IMG/VR virus record: IMGVR_UViG_3300005573_000230
Coordinates: 1-29,494 of that record
Reading direction: 5' to 3' (one strand)
Length of the DNA: 29,494 nt
Source of the DNA: a virus
Taxonomy: Duplodnaviria; Caudoviricetes
Shown here piece by piece: positions 7,485 to 14,257 of the stretch. Numbering within the stretch: the first letter of the stretch is position 1; every line of letters starts with the position of its first letter. A model generated the notes under the pieces. That model ran no database searches, was not told the origin of the DNA, and saw nothing but the letters and a program-made list of their open reading frames with translations. The translations under genes and the position numbers were made by a program.

Positions 7485-8069
7485 ATGAATGTCAAATCAA
7501 TCCTAGCCAAGACAAGCCAGTTTTCCGTCTTCCCTGGAGAGCTCTATATCGAAGTATCTCTAGCCGAAGGTGCCTGGCGAGTATCAGCACTAAAACTTGC
7601 CGAGGAGCTCCTCAAGGCAGCCAGATCCTTCAAGACTCCGATCGTAGTTCTAACCGGAGCTGTTTCGGCCGATGAGAACTTAGACTCCGGTGAGCTCATC
7701 CAAGCCTGCCTGAATCAAGGCCTTGTGCCCGTTGTAGAGCTATCCGGTCAAGAAGCCCCTGTCTGGATGAGTCTAGTCCCCACGAGAATTGTCCATTTGA
7801 GATCTCCAAAGTGGCTTCTCTATCCAGCCGCCGAGATTATCTACAGACCGGCAAATCTAGAAGATCCCCAGACCGACCCAGCCTTGCACGCCAAGACGGC
7901 CTTTGTACTTGATCCGAATCCGGCCGCTTTTGATCCAGAGGCAGTCTTAGGTTTCCTCCGGTCTAGTCGGATACATTGGCGACTCCGGCTCGGAGGAGTT
8001 CTTCTCAAGAAAGACCTCTCCTCAAGCCTCCGAAAGCTTGAGGAAGACGCCAAGACAGCTTTATCCTAA
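7485..8069 (+). CDS. QueE/NrdG-like protein lacking the radical-SAM cysteine motif
   Basis: IVVLTG (cf. VVLTGGEP), GLVPVVELSG (cf. G..V.IETNG), RSPK (cf. SPK), HWRLRLG (cf. WRLSLQ); only one Cys in the protein. Confidence 0.45.
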   Translation: MNVKSILAKTSQFSVFPGELYIEVSLAEGAWRVSALKLAEELLKAARSFKTPIVVLTGAVSADENLDSGELIQACLNQGLVPVVELSGQEAPVWMSLVPTRIVHLRSPKWLLYPAAEIIYRPANLEDPQTDPALHAKTAFVLDPNPAAFDPEAVLGFLRSSRIHWRLRLGGVLLKKDLSSSLRKLEEDAKTALS

Positions 8070-8081
8070 AAGGAGCTATCT

Positions 8082-8540
8082 ATGAAAAGACTTATTCGAG
8101 ATATCCGAGACTATCTCGGTTTGTTTATCGGATTCTGGTTCAGTTTTTTTCTTTCCTACCAGACACGAAGAGACTTGAAAAAGTTCTCTCAGGCAATTCT
8201 CTCTGAGACGATCAAACTAAGCCTCTCTAAGCCGGATTCTCCCTGGCTAGGCTTAGAAGGCAATCCTGTCTACAAGACTCTTGAGAAGAAGATCTATCAA
8301 GTCCTGAAGCAAGTCTATGCCGTCTGTCTCCTGTGGCCTTCCGGAGAAGAATCCCCGGCTATTTGTTCAAGTCCTGTCTGCATAAGCTCTACAGATCAGG
8401 GAGATCTCTATGTGGTCTTTATCTTCGCCGGGAAGAAGATTCTTGAAGGTGAGTTTGTCTCATTTGATCTATTCTTGAAAGGCTATGCTCTTGGCAATAG
8501 CCCCGACCAAGCCATCAAGCTCTCTGTTGAAGAGCTCTAA
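8082..8540 (+). CDS. Hypothetical protein with N-terminal hydrophobic segment
   Basis: AAAGGAG RBS; YLGLFIGFWFSFFLSY. Confidence 0.65.
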   Translation: MKRLIRDIRDYLGLFIGFWFSFFLSYQTRRDLKKFSQAILSETIKLSLSKPDSPWLGLEGNPVYKTLEKKIYQVLKQVYAVCLLWPSGEESPAICSSPVCISSTDQGDLYVVFIFAGKKILEGEFVSFDLFLKGYALGNSPDQAIKLSVEEL

Positions 8541-8552
8541 GGAGGTTTCAAG

Positions 8553-8657
8553 ATGAGCAGTCTAGTGAGCACGCTGGATCTAGCCGTGGAAGTCTTAGGC
8601 ATTGGAATTGTGATGGTCCTAGGAATTCTAATGATCATCTATCTATATCGAGACTAA
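8553..8657 (+). CDS. Small single-pass membrane protein (34 aa; not in the ORF track)
   Basis: AAGGAGG RBS; MSSLVSTLDLAVEVLGIGIVMVLGILMIIYLYRD*; fills the gap before the polymerase. Confidence 0.75.
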   Translation: MSSLVSTLDLAVEVLGIGIVMVLGILMIIYLYRD

Positions 8658-8671
8658 GGAGGCTTAGCTCT

Positions 8672-11404
8672 ATGCGTCTTAGCCGACTGGACTTCAAGCC
8701 TCCCTGCAAAAAATGCCCCCTCCAAGACCGGCAGGTTGTAAAAGCCTGCGGCCCGGCGCCTCGGTCATTCCTGTCTGGCTTAGTGATCTTAGGGGAAGCC
8801 CCCGGTGAGCAGGAAGACCGCCAAGGAGAGCCCTTCGTCGGCCCGGCAGGAGGTCTACTAAACCGGCTTCTCCGGCAGGCAGGATCTATCCGAGAAGCCT
8901 GCTGGATCACAAATGTCTTGCCTTGCCGGCCAGAGAAGAACGAGATCTCCTCTCCGCAAGCTCAGGAAGCTCTCCAGCTCTGCCGGCCAGCTTTCGAAGC
9001 CGAGATCCGGAAGCTCAAAGCCTTGGGCGCTCGGGCTATTTTAGCTCTTGGCCAGACGGCTTTAGACGCTTGTGGTGTGCGGGGTTCTATCACGACTCGC
9101 CGAGGCTACGTCTATAGCTCCCGGTTTGGCCTGCCCGTCGTGCCCAGCTATCATCCGGCGTTTGTACTGCGAGGCAATGCAGACAAAGCCCCGGTCGTAG
9201 TCTCAGATATGCAAAAAGCCCTCGAAATTGCCAAGACCGGTTGGAAAGAGCCCCGCTTCCAGATGAATTTGTTTCCTTCGATTAAGGACTTGCGAGAGTT
9301 CTCCCGGCGAGTTGTGTCTCAGAAAGCTCTCCTAGGCGTTGATATTGAAACAACCAGCCTGCTTCCGCACAAGGGAGCTCTGGCCGTCGTGGGTTTAGCA
9401 GATTCTGCGGAATCTGCTCTGGTTGTTCCCTTTCTCGGGCAAGGCTATCGGCCCTATTGGTCTGCTAGAGAAGAAAAAGAAGCTATAGATCTCCTGCAGA
9501 AGATCTTCTCTTCTTGCCGGCTAGTTTTCCATAATGCGCTGTTTGATGTAGGCTTCTTGGAAGCAAAAGGCTTCTCTATCCAGACTATCGAGCACGATAC
9601 GATGATCTTGCATCACTTTATCCATCCGGAGATGTTTTCGAGACTTTCTTTTGTAGCCTCGATCTATGACAATGTGCCCTATTGGAAAGACACCCTAGAA
9701 GACAAAGAAACGGCTTCTATGAACTTGCCTGATCAAGCCTTCCGAGAATACAATGCGAAAGACTCCATCGAGCTCTTAAGAATCCTGCCCGGGCTCATCC
9801 AAGACGCTGAGATCTTAGAAGTCTATGAGCCCTACAAAGCTCTAGGCTTGGCTCTCATCCGGCCAGTCTTGCGCATGTATCAGCGAGGAGTTTTGCTTTC
9901 TCAAGCCCGGCTAAAAGCCTGGAATCAAGACCTAACGGATCAATCTGCGGAGCTTCTTGCCCGGCTAAGGTCTCGCCTAGGCCTACCGGATGCATTCAAT
10001 CCTTCAAGCCCTCAGCACTTAGCCTGGGTTCTGTATGGAGAGATTCCTTCTCGAGTCCAAGTAGACATCGAGACCTTCGAAGCATTGGAGGATTCTTTTA
10101 AGGATCTCTCTGAGGAAAAGGTCTCCCGCAAGAAAGCCACGAAGAAGTATTCGGGTCTTAAACAAACCTATGAGCTTTTCAAAGCTTGCAAGATCTCGCA
10201 TCTTCCGTCTCAAGCTCCTCGGCACAAGACCGATAAGAATGGCTTAGCCCTCGATGAGACAGCCTTAGAAAGTCTGCTTATCTGGATTCGCTCTGATCCG
10301 GCTAGACGAAAGAAATTCTCAAATCTGGAAGGCTTCTTGGAAGATCTGTTGGCCTATCGAGCTGTCTCAAAGCTTCTTTCGACCTATGGAGAGTTCTCTG
10401 TCTGGCCAGACGGCCGAGTGCACTTTCCCTATAAAATCACCGGCACAGTCACAGGCCGGCTTAGCTCAGGAGACAAGAAAAATCTCAACGTGGGGAATGC
10501 TCAAAATATCCCCGATGAGGCTCGGAGGCTTTTCATTGCTCCTCCCGGCTGGGTTTTGATCGGAGCAGACTATGCAAGCCTAGAGCCTCGGATGCTCGCT
10601 TATCTCAGTCAGGATGAGCCCCTGATCCGAGACTTTGCCGCAGGTGTGAAGATCTATGACGGAATTATCCGAGATGTTTTAGGCCTAGAGAAATCAGATC
10701 CTGCTTACAAGGCCATCCGGGATGCAGTGAAAGTCTACGTCTTAGCCACAAACTACGGAGGAAGTCTGCAGACAGTCTATCGGAATATGAAGCTGAAATG
10801 CAAAGACCTGCCGTTTTCATTCAAAGACGTAGAAGAAATCCACCGGAAGCGGCTTGCCTTGCACCCAGCATATAAAGCCTACTATGATGAGCTGGTGAAA
10901 ACTGTTACCGAGACTCGGGTTCTTCGGAATGCTTTTGGCAGAAGAAGAGTCTTTCTCGGAGATTCTAAGAACATCATTCGGGAAGCCTTAGACTACGGCC
11001 CGCAAAGCTCTGGAGCAGATCTTGTAAACCAAGCCATGATTCGAATAGATCAGAGGCTTTTAGACGAAACCTCTCAAGCCGGGATAGTTTTGCAGCTTCA
11101 TGATGCGATGTATCTAGAAGCGCCTTTGCAAGAAGCCCAAGCCGCTGCCCGGATCTTGCAAGAAGAAATGGAAAGGCCTGTAGATATTCTGGACTACAAA
11201 GCCGTCTCTTTCCCGGTAGAACTCAAAGTCGGCGCTTCCTGGGGGGAGATGGTCGAGATCAAGAGCTGGCAAGATTGCCCCTCAAGCTTAGCCGGTCTTC
11301 GAGAGCTCCTGGCCAAGGAGTCTTTCTCGCTTCCCGAAGAATGGCAAGAGCTTGTCGATAAGAAGACTTCCGCTAAAAGGAGAAAGTCTTATGCAAAGAA
11401 ATAG
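8672..11404 (+). CDS. polA: Family A DNA polymerase with N-terminal family-4 uracil-DNA glycosylase domain and 3'-5' exonuclease
   Basis: UDG: CKKC, GEAPG, PFVG, ITNV.PCRP, YHPA. Exo: VDIETT, HNALFD, YNAKD. Pol: TGRLSS, ADYASLEPR (A), RDAVKVYVLATNYG (B), QLHDA (C). Confidence 0.95.
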   Translation: MRLSRLDFKPPCKKCPLQDRQVVKACGPAPRSFLSGLVILGEAPGEQEDRQGEPFVGPAGGLLNRLLRQAGSIREACWITNVLPCRPEKNEISSPQAQEALQLCRPAFEAEIRKLKALGARAILALGQTALDACGVRGSITTRRGYVYSSRFGLPVVPSYHPAFVLRGNADKAPVVVSDMQKALEIAKTGWKEPRFQMNLFPSIKDLREFSRRVVSQKALLGVDIETTSLLPHKGALAVVGLADSAESALVVPFLGQGYRPYWSAREEKEAIDLLQKIFSSCRLVFHNALFDVGFLEAKGFSIQTIEHDTMILHHFIHPEMFSRLSFVASIYDNVPYWKDTLEDKETASMNLPDQAFREYNAKDSIELLRILPGLIQDAEILEVYEPYKALGLALIRPVLRMYQRGVLLSQARLKAWNQDLTDQSAELLARLRSRLGLPDAFNPSSPQHLAWVLYGEIPSRVQVDIETFEALEDSFKDLSEEKVSRKKATKKYSGLKQTYELFKACKISHLPSQAPRHKTDKNGLALDETALESLLIWIRSDPARRKKFSNLEGFLEDLLAYRAVSKLLSTYGEFSVWPDGRVHFPYKITGTVTGRLSSGDKKNLNVGNAQNIPDEARRLFIAPPGWVLIGADYASLEPRMLAYLSQDEPLIRDFAAGVKIYDGIIRDVLGLEKSDPAYKAIRDAVKVYVLATNYGGSLQTVYRNMKLKCKDLPFSFKDVEEIHRKRLALHPAYKAYYDELVKTVTETRVLRNAFGRRRVFLGDSKNIIREALDYGPQSSGADLVNQAMIRIDQRLLDETSQAGIVLQLHDAMYLEAPLQEAQAAARILQEEMERPVDILDYKAVSFPVELKVGASWGEMVEIKSWQDCPSSLAGLRELLAKESFSLPEEWQELVDKKTSAKRRKSYAKK

Positions 11405-11954
11405 AAAAATGCTCTGTCTAGTCTTAGTCTTTCTAGTCGTCTTGGCCTCTCAAGTCTACTCCGACTCGGATGGATTCTTTCCTCCACGGCCTGTGAAGCC
11501 CGCCGACCCGACCAAGAAGTGGAACAAGCGGGAAGAGTTCTCCCAGCTTCCCCGAGAGCTTAAGCATCGTGCAGTGCAGGAGCTCGTGAAGTATTTTGAG
11601 AAGCATTTTGTCTACATGGACGAAGAATTCGAATACTGGAAAACTCCCTGGCAGACTCTCTGGGACGGCGGGGGAGACTGCGAAGACCTGGCAATCTTTA
11701 CGGCTGTTTTCCTTCGGACGGCTTTTGGGATAGAGCCCTTTCTAGTCTTAGTAGAAGACGTAGAGACTCGGGAACAGCACATGCAGCTCTGGTGGGATGG
11801 GGAGAGTTTTCTTGCAGCCTTCAGAGTCTTCGAAGTCAAGGCAATCTTGACCGTAGAGAAGGCCTTGGCGATCTCCATAGCGAATGCTTTCTCCGGCTCA
11901 TTCTCGCCTAGGTGGTATGAAGATATCTTGCGAAATTCTGCCAAGTTGAAATAG
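11391..11954 (+). CDS. Exported transglutaminase-like cysteine peptidase (BTLCP/C93, LapG-like)
   Basis: Signal peptide MQRNRKMLCLVLVFLVVLASQVYS; EYWKTPWQTLWDGGGDCEDLAI and downstream EQHMQL; AAAGGAG RBS before ATG 11391. Confidence 0.8.
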   Translation: MQRNRKMLCLVLVFLVVLASQVYSDSDGFFPPRPVKPADPTKKWNKREEFSQLPRELKHRAVQELVKYFEKHFVYMDEEFEYWKTPWQTLWDGGGDCEDLAIFTAVFLRTAFGIEPFLVLVEDVETREQHMQLWWDGESFLAAFRVFEVKAILTVEKALAISIANAFSGSFSPRWYEDILRNSAKLK

Positions 11955-11966
11955 AGGAGGCCTCTT

Positions 11967-13586
11967 GTGTCGAGCTCACCGAAGTCCTCTCAACCGATTC
12001 CCTATGATTGGAAAGCCCTTCGAGAGCGCTGTGTGGATCGAGTCCCCGAGCCCTTCGAGGCGTTCTTGCCCTCCCAGGCCGGCTTTATCACAGACTTTGT
12101 AGCCGGGCTATTCAACTCCGAGAGTCCTTTGATCTATACAACCTGGGCGGGGATCTGGACGCTGGCTCTAGCTATCAAGCGGGAAGCCTTCATCCGCTGG
12201 TTTGAAGACGATCCACTTTTCGCAAATTTCTATATCATTCTCTCTGGGCCGCCTTCAAACAAGAAAGGAAAAGCCATCGGCCGGGCAGTCCGAGTCTATA
12301 AAGAAGCGATCGGGCCGATCGGCCGGCACGTGAAAGAAGAACGCCCGGCTTATACGGGCCGGCTTCGGGAGCCCTGGGCTTTAGTAACCAAAACCCACGT
12401 CCCGATCCTGACAGACTCCTCCACGACAAGGCCTTTGAAAGACGCTCTCAACTACAAAGACCGCAAATACTATGGCCATGAGTTCGGCTTAGAATTTCCT
12501 CTGGCCTTCTCGGATGGCCGACTCTGGACAGACGAATCCGGCCGAGAGATAATCTACACCAAGACCTCCGAGATCGGAATTGTCGCTGAAGAGCTTTCTA
12601 TGCTCCTAGGCCGTCAGCAATACAACGAAGGCCTAGTGCAATTGTTGCTAGGAATCTACTCCACAGACTTGGAGCGGGAAGACCGGACAGCTATGTATGG
12701 GGTAATCAAAATGCGAGGTCTTTGCACAAATCTCCTGGCCGGGACAACTCCGGTCTCTTTCCGAGAAGCTATCTCAGACTCGGCCAAAGGAGACGGTTTT
12801 CTAAGCCGGACAATTATAGCGCATCAATCTGGCCGGTATCAGAGATTCTTTCCGCCTCCAGAGTATCCGTTCTTGCCGGGAGTAGATGATCTGGCCTCTC
12901 GACTAGCCTGGATTGCCGAGAATACTCTAGGCGAGCATTGCCTAGACCAAGAAGCCAGAGACTTTGCGAAGGCCTGGTATCAGGATCTTGTCTATCGAAT
13001 TCATGCTCGGCCAGATCGAGAGTTCTTCCTAAGCCGCGCAGACACGCATGCGCTGAAGCTTTCTCTTCTCATCAAAGCCCAGCGTTATGTGAAGATCTTC
13101 GATAATACGATTACGCTTTTAGACCTGCTAGATGCAATCAGACTTCTAGAAGCCACGCTCATGAGCTCCTCAGGCGTCTGGTCAAAGGCGCTGCAACCTA
13201 AGATTATCCAAGCAGTCTTACAGGTCTTCAAGCTTGCTCGAAAACCCAAGACCCGAGAAGACTTACGGCGAAGTATCAACTACTCGGAGGCTACGATAGA
13301 TCTAGTCTTGGGGAAGCTTCTTGTCGACGGCTCGATTCAGATCGTGGATGACCCTGCCCGGCCTGCGGGTTGGAGAGAGCTCTTTAAGCCCCTAGGGATC
13401 TATCCGCCGAGCCTGAGCTTCACGGAGTCCTATAGCTATGTCCAGGATACAAGCTTCGAGATCCTGGACGAGGAAGAGTCTGAAGAAACCGAAGAGCCTG
13501 AGAAATCCCAGGCTAAGCCCAGAAAATCTAAGAACTCTGTAGGAGGATCTTCTAGCCATGGCCGCAAGAAAAAAGAAAATCTCTGA
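11967..13586 (+). CDS. DUF3987/YfjI-type (MCM-like AAA+) putative replicative helicase with C-terminal wHTH
   Basis: NFYIILSGPPSNKKGKA (Walker A-like), IVAEELSMLLG (Walker B), NLLAGTTP (sensor), GDGFLSR (Arg finger); GTG start with GAGGAGG RBS. Confidence 0.75.
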   Translation: MSSSPKSSQPIPYDWKALRERCVDRVPEPFEAFLPSQAGFITDFVAGLFNSESPLIYTTWAGIWTLALAIKREAFIRWFEDDPLFANFYIILSGPPSNKKGKAIGRAVRVYKEAIGPIGRHVKEERPAYTGRLREPWALVTKTHVPILTDSSTTRPLKDALNYKDRKYYGHEFGLEFPLAFSDGRLWTDESGREIIYTKTSEIGIVAEELSMLLGRQQYNEGLVQLLLGIYSTDLEREDRTAMYGVIKMRGLCTNLLAGTTPVSFREAISDSAKGDGFLSRTIIAHQSGRYQRFFPPPEYPFLPGVDDLASRLAWIAENTLGEHCLDQEARDFAKAWYQDLVYRIHARPDREFFLSRADTHALKLSLLIKAQRYVKIFDNTITLLDLLDAIRLLEATLMSSSGVWSKALQPKIIQAVLQVFKLARKPKTREDLRRSINYSEATIDLVLGKLLVDGSIQIVDDPARPAGWRELFKPLGIYPPSLSFTESYSYVQDTSFEILDEEESEETEEPEKSQAKPRKSKNSVGGSSSHGRKKKENL

Positions 13587-14250
13587 GTATAAGACCCTCT
13601 GGACGAAGATTAAAGAAATCTTCTCTGGCCGAGAAGCTCCTGAGAAGGTTAAAAATCTTCTTCTCGGCTCTAGAAGCCTGACTCAGGAAGCAACGACAAT
13701 CAAAGCTAGAAAACTCAAGCAACTGGGCTTGTCAGATATAGAGATCTCGGAGAAGCTCGGTCTGAGTCTGGCCGAAGTCAAGAAAGCTACTTCTCGACCG
13801 GGTTCTTCTGGTCGGCCTCGGCGGAAAACGGGGCAGAGACTCCTGGCCTTAGACACATGGCAGACGTTGCATCCTGAGATCCAGCTCCCCGAATCTGCTA
13901 AAGAAGTCTCAGTCATAACCGGCATTCCTCTGCCTACGGTCTACCGGTGCTTGCACTACCGACAAGCACGATTCCAGAATTGGGTCATTCAGCTTGGAGA
14001 GATCAAGAATCCAAAGTTATTCTTTGAGACTATCGACGGAAAGAGGATCTTCTGGAAAGCCTGCAAAGAATTCTCGTGGTTCTATAACCCGATTTCTAAC
14101 AAGGCCGTCTTAGAAATCAAGACCTTCTTAGGAGATGTCTTTATCGTTCCTATCCAAGACCGAAGGCTCTTTGCGCATGCATGGAAAGGCCTGGGAGCTT
14201 TTGCAGAAGAAAAAGAAGAAAATTCTCAAGACTCAAGCCAGCTGGAGTAG
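13558..14250 (+). CDS. Protein with two HTH motifs; putative transcriptional regulator
   Basis: GLSDIEISEKLGLSLAEVKK and SAKEVSVITGIPLPTVYR. Confidence 0.6.
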   Translation: MAARKKKISEYKTLWTKIKEIFSGREAPEKVKNLLLGSRSLTQEATTIKARKLKQLGLSDIEISEKLGLSLAEVKKATSRPGSSGRPRRKTGQRLLALDTWQTLHPEIQLPESAKEVSVITGIPLPTVYRCLHYRQARFQNWVIQLGEIKNPKLFFETIDGKRIFWKACKEFSWFYNPISNKAVLEIKTFLGDVFIVPIQDRRLFAHAWKGLGAFAEEKEENSQDSSQLE

Positions 14251-14257
14251 TCTAGTC

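Noticed and set aside
7485-8069. Functional 7-deazaguanine DNA modification pathway
   Set aside because: The Fe-S motif is missing and no partner genes are in the window; kept only as a pseudo-enzyme hypothesis.
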